A stretch of 64,000 nucleotides of DNA from Bacteriovoracia bacterium (GTDB lineage: Bacteria > Bdellovibrionota > UBA1018 > CAIPTA01). The translations under genes were made by a program, and so were the position numbers. The notes beneath the pieces were generated by a model. The model saw only the letters and a list, made by a program, of their open reading frames with translations, was not told the DNA's origin and ran no database searches. The stretch covers positions 128,001-192,000 of the forward strand of contig JBFWVL010000001.1 of NCBI GenBank assembly GCA_050246755.1, written 5' to 3'. This document shows, in pieces, positions 29,236-39,441 of this stretch; the stretch's first letter is position 1; every line of letters starts with the position of its first letter.

Positions 29236-30174
29236 CTAATTTTTCTGCAGATACTCTTCGAGCTTGTCGAACGATCCGGTCCAGCCCTGGGTCATTCCCG
29301 CTTTGGCTTGGTGGAAGGTTTCGCGCTCGGCCGCAGAGGCCTCGCCGTAGACTTCCCACTGGATCGTCACGCGGGTTTTGTTCTCGGATTCCGCCGTGAA
29401 GCAAACCGTAGTGAGCATGGTCTCCGGCCAAGTGGGCGCCGCGGGATGGCGGGAGACATTTCCTTCTTTGTCACAGAAAATCTGCGTATAAACGAGCTTG
29501 CTGGGCTTCGTGATTTCCTTGTAGTGGATCTTCCCGTACATCGTGATCTGGCCGTTGCTCATAGAATAGAAATTCGTCCCTCCGGCCTTGATATCGGCCT
29601 CGATGCTTTTCATGGTGAAACCAGTAGGCGCCAGCCACTGGGAGAAATGCTTGGGATTGGTCCACATCTCGAACATTTTCTCGATGGGCGCCTCGAAGCT
29701 GCGGTTGATCACGAAGCGGTCCACGGGAGAGAGGAACTCGGCGAGTCGGTCCCAGGTGGAATCGCCTCCAGCCTTCTTGATGAATTTCTTGGTTTCCTTG
29801 GCGGCTTCTTCGGTGGGCAGCGCCATGGTCATTTCCATCTTGGTCTTGCCGGCTTTTTCGGAGAACTCCACCGTCACCCGGAATAGCGGGGCCTGTTCAT
29901 CGTTGCCGCCGTGGTCGTAGACCATGCGGGAATATTTTTCCACCTCGAGGTATTTGGTTTTGTTCACGTAGTCGGTGCCGTCGGGCCCGTGCATGGTGTA
30001 GTGCCAGGTGCCGCCGGTGCGGATATCGGAATTGTGCGTGGTGATGGTGAAACCACGGGGCCCCCACCAATGCGCTTTTTGCTTGGGATCGGTCCACGCG
30101 TCCCAGACCATCTTCACGGGGGCATCGTAGACGCGGCTGATATAGAGTTCGTTGGGTTTATTTTTTACGGGCAT
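29236..30174 (-). CDS. Tandem SRPBCC (AHSA1/START-like) domain protein
   Basis: Two copies of the pattern R...AP...(W/F)..WT.P.....W..P.GF; C-terminal GWTGSFDKL. Confidence 0.92.
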   Translation of the reverse strand: MPVKNKPNELYISRVYDAPVKMVWDAWTDPKQKAHWWGPRGFTITTHNSDIRTGGTWHYTMHGPDGTDYVNKTKYLEVEKYSRMVYDHGGNDEQAPLFRVTVEFSEKAGKTKMEMTMALPTEEAAKETKKFIKKAGGDSTWDRLAEFLSPVDRFVINRSFEAPIEKMFEMWTNPKHFSQWLAPTGFTMKSIEADIKAGGTNFYSMSNGQITMYGKIHYKEITKPSKLVYTQIFCDKEGNVSRHPAAPTWPETMLTTVCFTAESENKTRVTIQWEVYGEASAAERETFHQAKAGMTQGWTGSFDKLEEYLQKN

Positions 30175-30514
30175 GCTTCTTTTCCTTCTTATTGATCGTT
30201 TTCAAATAGGCATCCAGCCGATCGAAACTTTCTTCCCAGAATACCCGGTAGTGCTCCAGCCATTCCGATACTTCCTTGAAAGATTCTCCATTCAATTTGC
30301 AGGGGCGCCACTGCGCTTCGCGCCCCTTCGAGATCAGGCCCGCGCGCTCGAGCACCTTGAGGTGCTTGGTGATGGCCGGGGCGCTCATGGTTTTGAGGAA
30401 GGGCTTCGACAGCTCCGAGACGCTCGCCTCCCCTTTTGAAAGGCGCACCAAGATGGCCCGGCGAGTGGGATCGCCGAGGGCCGAGAACGCGAGGCTGAGT
30501 TTATCTTGGTTCAT
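30158..30514 (-). CDS. ArsR/SmtB-family transcriptional regulator
   Basis: FSALGDPTRRAIL, KHLKVLERAGLI and GREAQWRPC motifs. Confidence 0.93.
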   Translation of the reverse strand: MNQDKLSLAFSALGDPTRRAILVRLSKGEASVSELSKPFLKTMSAPAITKHLKVLERAGLISKGREAQWRPCKLNGESFKEVSEWLEHYRVFWEESFDRLDAYLKTINKKEKKHARKK

Positions 30515-30576
30515 AATTAGCTATTTAGTTAATTAACTACTAGGTTAATTATAAAGCGGGTTTCGGCGAAAATCAA
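30514..30576 (-). promoter_or_regulatory. Sigma70 promoter TTGATT-N17-TATAAT (30576-30548) followed by tandem imperfect palindromes (ArsR operator)
   Basis: TAATTAGCTATTTAGTTAA and TTAACTACTAGGTTAATTA lie between the -10 box and the ATG. Confidence 0.75.
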
Positions 30577-30759
30577 GGAGGGGAAGTGCTGGGAATTGTG
30601 GGAGAAAATCTGAATTTTACTTTGGACGTTCAAAGCAGAACCGCGCTTTTATCTATTCCATAAGGGAATGTTTTACATGAATTTTATCTGCTTTTTCGAT
30701 GGATACGCGCGGGGTATAACCACCCTCGTTCAAGCAACCTCACCGCTTAAGGAGATCTT

Positions 30760-31206
30760 ATGAAACCCGTATTTTTCCTAACCGCCCTCGCTTCCGTATT
30801 CCTTGCCCACGCCGCCCATGCCACCGGCGGAGTTCAGGTGAGCTGCAATACCCCCTCCGGATCCCTCGTGGTTTACTCCAAGCTGGAATGGTCGTCGGAT
30901 GGCGATACTAAGGAAGATATCCAGCTGGTGCTCGCCAATGGCCAAGCGGTGAAAGCGGAGGAATTTTTCCTCGATTTGAATAAAAAGAAAAAGAAAACCC
31001 AGATCCTCGAGCTGAACGGAAAACCCGCCTTCAAGGTGGAGCTCATGAAATCCTCGCCTCAGCAAAAGCTAAAGCGCCCAGATTTCGGCGGCGACTGCTA
31101 CGAAAGATTCCACAATACTCACTGGCTGAAATTCACTCCCGCCGGCAGCGCGGACTACGAGAACGTGAACTGCGACGTGATCGAGACGAAATCGACTTGC
31201 GGATAG
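30760..31206 (+). CDS. Secreted hypothetical protein
   Basis: AAGGAG RBS; signal peptide ending AHA; 4 Cys. Confidence 0.75.
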   Translation: MKPVFFLTALASVFLAHAAHATGGVQVSCNTPSGSLVVYSKLEWSSDGDTKEDIQLVLANGQAVKAEEFFLDLNKKKKKTQILELNGKPAFKVELMKSSPQQKLKRPDFGGDCYERFHNTHWLKFTPAGSADYENVNCDVIETKSTCG

Positions 31207-32265
31207 TTACTGATCGCCGCGTTTGCGCGTGGAGGAAGTGATCACGGCTTCCACGCGCGCGGGCGTGTGCACCTGGCGCGACATGTCCTGGCGGAGCAGG
31301 CGCTTCTCGGCGAACTCCACGTGGCTATAACCAAATTTTACGTACTCCACGATCTGGCTCACGAGATCGAACTTCGTGAAAGGGCAGATGATATAGTAGT
31401 TGTTCGTGCCGTCCTTGGAAAAGTGCATGGCCAATTCCAGCGATTGCTCGTAGGCGATCTTTTCCCGGTCTTCGCGGGTGCTCACGCCGTCGAACTCTTT
31501 CATCACTTCCTCGGGCACGTGGATGCCGGAGAAGTTCGCGTTGAGGAATTCCCCGTTCTTGCGGCTCATGATCGGCATGAGGCCGAAGATCACCGGAAAA
31601 CGCTCCTGGGGAATATTGTACTTGGCGAGCGCGTCCACGCAGCGGTTGAACGCGTCTTTGGAGTGCACGGGCTGGGTTTCGGCGAAATCCGCACCGGCTT
31701 CGATCTTGCGGAGCAAACGCTCGGTCTCATTATTGATGTCGGTGGCGTTCGGGTTATAGGCCACGCCCACGAGCATATCCACGGGCTCTTCGAGGTCCTG
31801 CCCGCTCATGAGTTTTCCCTGGCGCATCTTCTGCACCACTTCGAGGAGCTTCATGGAATTGCCTTCGAACACGCTCTTGGCGGGTTCGGGGCCTTTGCGA
31901 ACGGCATCCCCGGTTACGGCGAGGATCGCGGCGATATTCAGGGCGGCGGCGCCGAGGATCTCGGTCTGCAGCGCGATCAAATTCTTGTCGCGGCAAGTGA
32001 TATGGTAAATCGTGTCCATGAAGGCCGGGCCGGCCTGCTGCATGCGGGCCTGGAAGGCGAGCGGATGCATTTTCACCGAAGCATTCGGATTATCGGCGAG
32101 GTTGAGGGCGTCGCAGCCTTTTTGCCCGAGCTGAAAGCAGCCTTCCCGCATCTTGAGAGTCTTATGGCCCTGGGGCATCCCTACTTCCACGGTCACGAAG
32201 CGGTATTGGGGGGCGTAGAGTTTTTCGAGGAGACGCTGGCGGAAATGCGCCGTGGGCTTATGCAT
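31207..32265 (-). CDS. Methylenetetrahydrofolate reductase-family flavoprotein (stand-alone YitJ C-terminal-like domain)
   Basis: ALNLADNP, HITCRDKN, ILAVTGD and KIEAGADFAETQP motifs; start uncertain (up to 32322). Confidence 0.85.
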   Translation of the reverse strand: MHKPTAHFRQRLLEKLYAPQYRFVTVEVGMPQGHKTLKMREGCFQLGQKGCDALNLADNPNASVKMHPLAFQARMQQAGPAFMDTIYHITCRDKNLIALQTEILGAAALNIAAILAVTGDAVRKGPEPAKSVFEGNSMKLLEVVQKMRQGKLMSGQDLEEPVDMLVGVAYNPNATDINNETERLLRKIEAGADFAETQPVHSKDAFNRCVDALAKYNIPQERFPVIFGLMPIMSRKNGEFLNANFSGIHVPEEVMKEFDGVSTREDREKIAYEQSLELAMHFSKDGTNNYYIICPFTKFDLVSQIVEYVKFGYSHVEFAEKRLLRQDMSRQVHTPARVEAVITSSTRKRGDQ

Positions 32266-32369
32266 AGGGGATAAATCGCTTGAAACGCCCCGTGATTCAA
32301 GGATTTCCTGAGGCGCCGGCAAGAAATAACGCAGCGCCTAGCCGGCGAAGGCGAAGCGGCGCGCTAAAC

Positions 32370-33767
32370 CTACTTCGAAACCTTGGTTCCTTGAGGCGTA
32401 TCGTTCACGCGGTAGCCCTTGGCCTGGAGCTCGGCTTTGAGCCGGTCGCTCTCGGCAAAGTTCTTGGCGGCACGGGCCTGGTCGCGGGCGCTGACTAAGG
32501 CCTGCACCTCGGAGGGAATTTCCTCCGCTTTCCCGAGCAGCTCTTCAATCCTGAGGCCGAATACTCCATCGAAATCGATCGCGAGCTTCACCTTATCGGC
32601 CGACGAGAGCGCAGTGTCTTTGGCCGCCTGGAAAAATACCGCGAGGGCTTCGGGCATATTCAAATCGTCGAAGACGGCTTTATCGAAGGCGGCGGTATAT
32701 TTGGAAAGATCGCCCGTGGAGCTTCCGCCCTTCGCGTGCCAGTCCCGTAATCTTTCCATGAGCCCGCGGCGCCCGGCTTGCGCGGCCCTCAGGGCATCGT
32801 AGGAAAACAATAATTGCGTGCGGTAATGGGCCTGCAAAAGCAGGAACCTGTAATCCATAGGATCAAAACCATCGCGCTCGAGCACGCTCAGGGTAAGCGT
32901 CTCCCCCTTGGACTTGCTCATCTTGCCCGAATCCTCGTTGAGGAATTCGCCGTGGAGCCAGAAATTCGCGAAGCGCTTTCCGGTGGACGCCTCACTCTGC
33001 GCCACTTCGTTGGTATGGTGCACGCGCACGTGGTCGATGCCGCCGCAGTGGAGGTCGAAGGTGGCGCCCAAATATTTCATCGCCATCGCCGAGCACTCGA
33101 TATGCCAGCCAGGGAATCCCTTACCCCAGGGAGAATCCCATTCCTGCTGGCGCTTTTTGTCTTTGGGCAAAAATTTCCAGAGCGCAAAATCCGTGGGCGC
33201 TTTCTTCTCGCCGAGAGCCACGCGCTTGCCGGCCTCCTGGTTTTCCACGTCGAGGTGGGCAAAGTTCGGGTAGGCGGGAAACTTTTCGGTATTGAAGTAG
33301 ACGCCGTCGCTCGTGACGTAGGTGAAGCCCTTTTTTTCCAGGTCGGCGATCAGCGCGATCATCTCGGGAACGTGGTCGGTGGCTTTCGGAATCGTTTGCG
33401 GCTTCACCACGTTTAGCTTGGCCAGATCATCGAAAAAAACCTTGGAGTAATAGTCCGCGATCTCCCAGATCGTTTTACCGGCCTTGCGCGCCCCAACTTC
33501 CATTTTGTCTTCGCCATCGTCGCCATCTGAGACAAGATGTCCCACGTCGGTAATATTCATCACATGGTTCACGGCGTAGCCCGCGCGCTTCAAAACCCGC
33601 ACCAAAAAATCCTCGAAAACGTAGGTGCGCAAATTGCCAATATGCGCGTAATGATAGACAGTTGGCCCGCAAGTATAGAGCCCCGCTTTGCCGGCCTGGA
33701 GGGGCTGGAATCTTTCCTTTTGGCGGGCCGGAGTATTGAACAAAAACAGGTCTTTAGGCATTTTCAA
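32370..33767 (-). CDS. cysS: Cysteine--tRNA ligase
   Basis: CGPTVY, HIGN, PGWHIECSAM and KMSKS motifs. Confidence 0.97.
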   Translation of the reverse strand: MKMPKDLFLFNTPARQKERFQPLQAGKAGLYTCGPTVYHYAHIGNLRTYVFEDFLVRVLKRAGYAVNHVMNITDVGHLVSDGDDGEDKMEVGARKAGKTIWEIADYYSKVFFDDLAKLNVVKPQTIPKATDHVPEMIALIADLEKKGFTYVTSDGVYFNTEKFPAYPNFAHLDVENQEAGKRVALGEKKAPTDFALWKFLPKDKKRQQEWDSPWGKGFPGWHIECSAMAMKYLGATFDLHCGGIDHVRVHHTNEVAQSEASTGKRFANFWLHGEFLNEDSGKMSKSKGETLTLSVLERDGFDPMDYRFLLLQAHYRTQLLFSYDALRAAQAGRRGLMERLRDWHAKGGSSTGDLSKYTAAFDKAVFDDLNMPEALAVFFQAAKDTALSSADKVKLAIDFDGVFGLRIEELLGKAEEIPSEVQALVSARDQARAAKNFAESDRLKAELQAKGYRVNDTPQGTKVSK

Positions 33768-33818
33768 ATGCTACCAGAAGGCTAGCCCAAAAGCAGTTGC
33801 TATGTTAGAAGTGGCGGG

Positions 33819-34883
33819 ATGCAGAACGGCGCCGTATCGCTCGCGGAATATAAAAAGCTTCTCCAGGAATACTTCCCGGCAAACCCTTGGATTTATTGGT
33901 CGGATCTTTTGTGCACGGCGATCGTGGGCTACGGATCCTTCGTGGTGACGGAACGCTTCCCGGCGTTTTCCGCGCCTTACCTGCTTTTTTTCACGATCTC
34001 GGTTTTCGCGCTTTACCGCGGAATGCTCTTCATCCATGAGCTCACGCACCGCGAGCGCTCCGACCTTCCCGGATTTTCCATCGCGTGGAACCTGATCTTC
34101 GGCGTGCCGTTTTTGTTTCCCTCGTTCATGTACCGCGGCGTGCACATCGATCACCATAAGAAAAATTCCTACGGCACCGACGAAGACGGCGAATACCTTC
34201 CGCTCGGCGCGCATCCCTTCTGGAAAACAGTGCTCTACTTAGCGCAGTCGGTATATTTGCCGGTACTCATCGTGCTCCGCTTCGGCTTGCTCACGCCCCT
34301 ATCGCTTTTGCATCCGAAACTCCGGCACCTCGTGGTCACCCGCACCTCCGCGCTCGCCATCCGCGCCGACGTGCCCCGCAAAGCACCCCAAGGCGTGGAC
34401 CTCCGTAACTGGCACGTGCTCGAGGCCCTCTGCTTCGTATACGTCTGGGGCATGGTCTACCTCTTCGCCTCTGGCATCCTTGGCCTCTCCACCTTGGAGC
34501 ACATGTACGCGGCGATGCTCTGCATGTTCCTCGTGAATTCCTTACGCACGATCGTGGCCCACCGCTACCTGAACCGCTCGGCCGCCGAGCTCAGCTTCCA
34601 GGACCAGCTCCTCGACTCCGTGAATATCGAAGGCAATCCCATCATCGCCGAACTCGTGGCGCCCGTGGGCCTGCGCTACCACGCGCTTCACCACTTGTTC
34701 GCTACGCTGCCTTACCATAACCTCGGCCACGCCCACCGCCGCCTGCGTGCGCATTTGCCCGCCGATTCCTTTTATCACCTCACCAGCGAGCCCAGCTTCT
34801 TCCACGCCCTCGCCACCCACTGGCGCAATACGAAGAAGCATTCGGCGGTCCAGTCCGATCTGAATCCCACCCGCATCGCCTAA
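33819..34883 (+). CDS. Membrane fatty acid desaturase family protein
   Basis: His boxes HELTH, HIDHH and YHALHH. Confidence 0.9.
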   Translation: MQNGAVSLAEYKKLLQEYFPANPWIYWSDLLCTAIVGYGSFVVTERFPAFSAPYLLFFTISVFALYRGMLFIHELTHRERSDLPGFSIAWNLIFGVPFLFPSFMYRGVHIDHHKKNSYGTDEDGEYLPLGAHPFWKTVLYLAQSVYLPVLIVLRFGLLTPLSLLHPKLRHLVVTRTSALAIRADVPRKAPQGVDLRNWHVLEALCFVYVWGMVYLFASGILGLSTLEHMYAAMLCMFLVNSLRTIVAHRYLNRSAAELSFQDQLLDSVNIEGNPIIAELVAPVGLRYHALHHLFATLPYHNLGHAHRRLRAHLPADSFYHLTSEPSFFHALATHWRNTKKHSAVQSDLNPTRIA

Positions 34884-35021
34884 ACAAAAATAGCCATGTC
34901 TCCGCGCCGCCATACAGGTGCCTAAACCCTAGACACCCAGCTCGCGTTAAACCCCTCGCCGGGGCGGCATGCTAGTTGCTTTGACAGGCCTGTCGCTTAC
35001 CAAACCCGCAGGAGATTTTCG

Positions 35022-35762
35022 TTGATGTTCAAGTCCAACCCAGTTGTTGCCCAAATTCTCGCCCTCGCCCTGATCACCGGCTTTAGCGCCCAGGCCCTCG
35101 CCGCACCCGCCGCCGCCCCGGCCGCACCCGCGAAGGCCACTCCCGCTGCCCCTGCCGCCGCCGCTCCCGTAGCCGTTCTCTCCCCCCTCGTTCCCCTGCA
35201 ACAGGACTACGATAAAACCGCCAAGATCATCGAGGACAACCTGAAAGTATTCCTCAAGCACGGCGAAAGCTGCGGCATGATCGGCACCAAGATCGTGGAA
35301 GGCATGAAAGAGCAAAAAGCCCTCGCCAACCAGGAAAGATCCCATAAAGAAGTAGTGGCCGCGTTCGCCACCGCCGCCACCGAAGCCGACGCGAAGAAAT
35401 TGGCCGCCGCCAAGAAACGCATCGAAAAAGAAATCGGCACCATCCTGGAAGTGTATAAACAAATCGACGACAATATGGACGCCATCAAGATGGGCCTCGA
35501 TACCCCCGAAGTGAAAACCTGCGTAACCGCCGGTAAATCCTTCTACTTGGTGCGCGGCACCGCCGACAAAATGCTCTCGAGCCTCGAGAAAGCCAATAAG
35601 CTCCTCGGCGCCAAGCCCAAAAAGAAACAAGCCAATCTGCTCACCGACGGCCTCCCGGCCTATGGCTCGCATGAAGCGGCCTACGATACCGCCGCCGCCC
35701 AGGTGGAATTCGAACGCGCCCAAGCCGAAGAACGCGTAGAAACTTCCGAACTCACTTTCTAA
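35022..35762 (+). CDS. Secreted helical hypothetical protein
   Basis: AGGAG RBS; signal peptide; Pro/Ala linker; amphipathic helices. Confidence 0.75.
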   Translation: MMFKSNPVVAQILALALITGFSAQALAAPAAAPAAPAKATPAAPAAAAPVAVLSPLVPLQQDYDKTAKIIEDNLKVFLKHGESCGMIGTKIVEGMKEQKALANQERSHKEVVAAFATAATEADAKKLAAAKKRIEKEIGTILEVYKQIDDNMDAIKMGLDTPEVKTCVTAGKSFYLVRGTADKMLSSLEKANKLLGAKPKKKQANLLTDGLPAYGSHEAAYDTAAAQVEFERAQAEERVETSELTF

Positions 35763-35796
35763 ATCTCCTCCCTCCTCTCTCTCTTATCTAGGCAAA

Positions 35797-35832
35797 GGCG
35801 GATCCATGTTGGGATCCGCCTTTTCTTTTTTT
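35797..35832 (+). terminator. Intrinsic terminator
   Basis: GGCGGATCC-ATGTTG-GGATCCGCC followed by TTTTCTTTTTTT. Confidence 0.85.
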
Positions 35833-35855
35833 CCCGAGAGCCTTATCGTGAGCGC

Positions 35856-36167
35856 ATGCTCTCCCTCATTTTTTATGTCCCCGACTCCCACCTCGAATCC
35901 GTGAAAGCCGCCATCTTCCAGGCCGGCGCCGGCAAGCTCGGCCACTACGACCAATGCTGCTGGCAAACCAAGGGCGTGGGCCAGTTCCGCCCGCTGCCGG
36001 GAAGTGATCCGCATTTAGGTTCGGTGGGCGCGCTGGAAAAGGTGGAGGAGTGGAAGGTGGAAGTGGTTTGCGCGGAAGCGTGCATCGGCGCAGTGGTGGA
36101 AGCACTCAAAGCCGCACACCCCTACGAGACCGCCGCGTTTTTGGTGCTGAAGCCGCATTCACTATAG
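35856..36167 (+). CDS. Stand-alone NIF3/YqfO PII-like domain protein
   Basis: FQAGAGKLGHYDQC, GQFRPLPGSDP and AHPYE motifs. Confidence 0.88.
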   Translation: MLSLIFYVPDSHLESVKAAIFQAGAGKLGHYDQCCWQTKGVGQFRPLPGSDPHLGSVGALEKVEEWKVEVVCAEACIGAVVEALKAAHPYETAAFLVLKPHSL

Positions 36168-36218
36168 CGCCTTGGTTTAGGTTTTAGCCGGGCGCGCTCG
36201 GCGCACCATTATTCCGCG

Positions 36219-36785
36219 CTACCCCGAGGGCCAGCCGCGCTGGCGGTCATGCGCGCGGGCAATGATAAACCCGGCGTCGAAACGGCTATACCCAGCGCCC
36301 TCGAGCTTATTGATTTCGATATAGTCGGTGAGCCGCAGGTAACCGGACTTGCTGAGCACCAGGCGCGTGAAGGGGCGGTAGTCCCAAAATTTTTCCTTCA
36401 CCTTATTCCAGCGGCTCTTCCCCGCAACGGCCATCGCGATCGCGGCGGTAACAGCGCGGATAAATGGCTTATAGCCATGGAGCTTGGCTAGCTTTAGGTG
36501 AAAGTGCAGGTGATTGCCCACGTTCGCCAAGGAGATAATTTCCACACGGTACTTGGCCGCGAAACGCTTCACGATCGCTTGGATTTTTTGGGCATTGCGG
36601 GGCTGCTTGAAACTTAACGGGCCTTTGGCTCGGGAGGCCCGCAGCACCACATGCATGCTATTTCCGGTAGCGATCGGCCTAGGCCCTGCCCGCTCTACGC
36701 GTAGGCTGCGCAGCTGCCCTCCGTAGGCCAACGGGTTTCGCTTTTTATATAGCTGGCGGTTTTTTAGGGTGGTGGTGGCCGGCAA
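36219..36785 (-). mobile_element. Y1 HUH transposase-like protein (IS200/RAYT-like)
   Basis: HVVLR, NHLHF (HUH), FWDYRPFTR and catalytic Tyr in DYIEIN; likely TTG start at 36785 after AAGGA; no tnpB adjacent. Confidence 0.75.
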
Positions 36786-36818
36786 TGTTCTCGTCCTTTT
36801 TAACCTATACGGAAAACT

Positions 36819-36847
36819 CTTATACCTTCGGTCACAAAAATAGGCAA
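36819..36847 (-). promoter_or_regulatory. Putative sigma70 promoter TTGCCT-N17-TATAAG for the HUH gene
   Basis: Near-consensus hexamers with a 17-nt spacer, about 35 nt upstream of the start. Confidence 0.55.
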
Positions 36848-37076
36848 ATAAACAAACAAAAATGAGCAAGCAAGCTCAACCCACGCACCCTAACCCCCCA
36901 CCGCCACGCACCAACCCCAATTGAGCTCGATAACCGCTGCGCTAACTGCTTCGGCTCCTAAGGCCGGCACCATAGGCCCGCATGACCGGAGCCCACCGCA
37001 CCGGAGCCCACCGCTTAAGAAATTCGCCGCTCCGCCCCATCCGCGATGCCATGGTAGAAACTACGCAGGAGAAAAC

Positions 37077-38150
37077 ATGTTTAACTACAGCAAAATTCAG
37101 GAATCCCTCGGCAAAGACGCAGCGAACCTTCTGGGCTTCAAAAATCCCAAGGTTTCCAAAGATGTACTCACGCTGCCCGGCCCAGATTTTGTGGAACGCG
37201 TATTTCTGCAGTCGGACCGCAACCCCCAAGTGCTCCGCTCCCTGCAAGCCATGTACGGCCACGGCCGCCTAGCAAATACGGGTTATTTATCGATCCTTCC
37301 CGTAGACCAAGGGATCGAGCACTCGGCCGGCGCCTCTTTCGCCCCGAACCCCGCTTACTTTGATCCCGAAAATATCATTCAGCTCGCCATCGAAGGCGGC
37401 TGCAACGCCGTGGCCACCACGCTCGGCACGCTCGGGCTCATGTCGCGCAAATACGCGCACAGAATTCCCTTCATCCTGAAGATCAACCACAACGAGCTCA
37501 TGACCTACCCAAACAAGTTCGACCAAATCATGTTCGCGCAGGTGAAGCAGGCCTGGGACATGGGTTGCACCGCCATTGGCGCCACGATTTATTTCGGCTC
37601 CGAAGAATCCGGCCGCCAGATCGTGGAAGTATCCAAGGCTTTTAAGCAAGCGCATAGCTTGGGAATGGCCACGATCCTCTGGTGCTATACGCGCAATAAC
37701 GCCTTCAAAGTAGACGGCAAAGATTATCACACCGCCGCCGATCTCTCGGGCCAGGCCAACCATATCGGCGCCACGATCGAAGCCGATATCGTGAAGCAGA
37801 AAATGCCCACCATCAACGGCGGCTTTAAGGCGCTGAACATGGGCAAGAGTTCTTATGGAAAACTTGACGAGAAGATGTATACCCAGCTTTCGAGCGATCA
37901 CCCGATCGACATGACCCGCTACCAAGTGATCAACGGCTATATGGGCAAGATCGGCCTGATCAACTCGGGGGGCGCGGCCGGCGCGAACGACCTCGAAGAA
38001 GCGCTCTCCACCGCCGTGATCAATAAGCGCGCGGGCGGAATGGGATTGATCTCGGGACGCAAAGCGTTCCAGAAGCCGATGAAAGACGGCGTGGCTCTCC
38101 TGCAGGCCATCCAAGACGTTTACCTCTGCAAAGAAGTTACGATCGCGTAA
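37077..38150 (+). CDS. fbaB: Class I fructose-bisphosphate aldolase
   Basis: [20 protein letters not shown] and [10 protein letters not shown] motifs; AGGAG RBS before ATG 37077. Confidence 0.95.
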   Translation: MFNYSKIQESLGKDAANLLGFKNPKVSKDVLTLPGPDFVERVFLQSDRNPQVLRSLQAMYGHGRLANTGYLSILPVDQGIEHSAGASFAPNPAYFDPENIIQLAIEGGCNAVATTLGTLGLMSRKYAHRIPFILKINHNELMTYPNKFDQIMFAQVKQAWDMGCTAIGATIYFGSEESGRQIVEVSKAFKQAHSLGMATILWCYTRNNAFKVDGKDYHTAADLSGQANHIGATIEADIVKQKMPTINGGFKALNMGKSSYGKLDEKMYTQLSSDHPIDMTRYQVINGYMGKIGLINSGGAAGANDLEEALSTAVINKRAGGMGLISGRKAFQKPMKDGVALLQAIQDVYLCKEVTIA

Positions 38151-38155
38151 GCGCG

Positions 38156-38692
38156 GTGGTGAACCCTAAAAAAATCGTGGTGATCGGCGACAGTTGCGCC
38201 GGGAAAACTACGTTGGCAAAAACGCTCGCTTCCGCCTTAAACGTAAAACACGTGGAACTCGACGCGCTTCACTGGGAACCGGGCTGGAAAGAAGCCGATA
38301 AAAAAGCATTTCAGGAACGATTGACGGCGGCGCTAACGGATGAGAGCTGGGTGGTAGACGGAAACTATACCAGTAAAACGGAAGAACTCGTTTGGACACG
38401 CGCCGAGATGGTGATCTGGCTGGATCCTCCGCTCGCGACGATTCTTTACCGCTTCGTATTGCGGTCCTTCACCCGCGCTTTTACCCGTGAAGTTCTATGG
38501 GATGGATGCCGCGAGAGCCTGCGCAATAGTATTTTCAAAAAAGATTCCCTGCTGGTTTGGATTCTCACCACGCACCAACGCCGAAAGAAACAATTCTCCG
38601 CGCTGATGACTGCCGGACAATATCCTAATATCGAGTTTTTCCACGTAAAGACGGCCGCAGAACGCCGAGCACTGTTAAAAAGATTTATTTAG
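38156..38692 (+). CDS. Adenylate-kinase-like P-loop protein (FlaR/topology modulation family)
   Basis: GDSCAGKTT, ELDALHWEPGW and WVVDGNY motifs. Confidence 0.85.
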   Translation: MVNPKKIVVIGDSCAGKTTLAKTLASALNVKHVELDALHWEPGWKEADKKAFQERLTAALTDESWVVDGNYTSKTEELVWTRAEMVIWLDPPLATILYRFVLRSFTRAFTREVLWDGCRESLRNSIFKKDSLLVWILTTHQRRKKQFSALMTAGQYPNIEFFHVKTAAERRALLKRFI

Positions 38693-38774
38693 CTCCAAGA
38701 GTTTAACTTGTCTCTTGCCGAAAGCCCCTCCTTACGCTATTTCTTAGCCGCCATTTTCAAACCTGGGGAATTCC

Positions 38775-39386
38775 ATGAAAAAATTCGCACTCGCCACTTC
38801 TTTGATCCTAGCCCTCACCGCGTGCGGCGGCAACGATAGCGGCACCGCTTCTTCCACCCTGGGCTCCGACGGCAGCCCCCAAGTAGCCATTCCCGCCGAT
38901 GCCACCACCCAGGATTATACCTGCCGGGTAACGCATGTTTTCAGTGATAACGGCGCCCCCGAAGAGACCTCCACCTTTGATTACTCCGGGGTAATTCACG
39001 ACTGGCAAGAAGGAGACCTCTTCGTTTCCTTCGATTGGGATTCCAGTGGCAACGAAGCCTACCTCACGAAGGTGCGTTCGGAGAAAATCACCGAGATCCA
39101 GAAACGATCCTTCATCCAGCAAACCCACTGGGAACGCGAAAACGGCGCGTGGATCCAGACCGTAAAAAATATTGAGAGAGTTTCGGAGCGCGAAAACGGC
39201 CAGTTCCGCGTGATCTCCAATAAGGTAAACGGCGTGGAAACGCCCTATGACTGGAACGCGGAATTCACTCCCGTGAACGATAACCAGTTCAAGGAAATCC
39301 GCCGTCACAAAGATCCCAGCTCGAGGAATAAAGATGGGATCCGCTACTCGAAAATCGAGGATGTCTGCAGCTATACCAACCGCTAG
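38775..39386 (+). CDS. Hypothetical lipoprotein (beta-rich)
   Basis: Lipobox LTAC after the signal peptide. Confidence 0.8.
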   Translation: MKKFALATSLILALTACGGNDSGTASSTLGSDGSPQVAIPADATTQDYTCRVTHVFSDNGAPEETSTFDYSGVIHDWQEGDLFVSFDWDSSGNEAYLTKVRSEKITEIQKRSFIQQTHWERENGAWIQTVKNIERVSERENGQFRVISNKVNGVETPYDWNAEFTPVNDNQFKEIRRHKDPSSRNKDGIRYSKIEDVCSYTNR

Positions 39387-39401
39387 AAATCACCAATAAG
39401 C

Positions 39402-39434
39402 AAAAAGCTGGCGCCAATCGCGCCGGCTTTTTTT
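39402..39434 (+). terminator. Intrinsic terminator (possibly bidirectional)
   Basis: AAAAAGCTGGCGC-CAATC-GCGCCGGCTTTTTTT. Confidence 0.8.
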
Positions 39435-39441
39435 ATGCCTG

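Noticed and set aside
36168-36900. Complete IS200/IS605 element with TnpB and its guide RNA
   Set aside because: No tnpB and no convincing left-end or right-end hairpins.
36921-37076. N-terminal extension of FbaB (similarly tdk 49016-49108 and the HUH gene 36786-36869)
   Set aside because: Better RBS-linked starts lie downstream, and the extensions are non-conserved-looking intergenic sequence.
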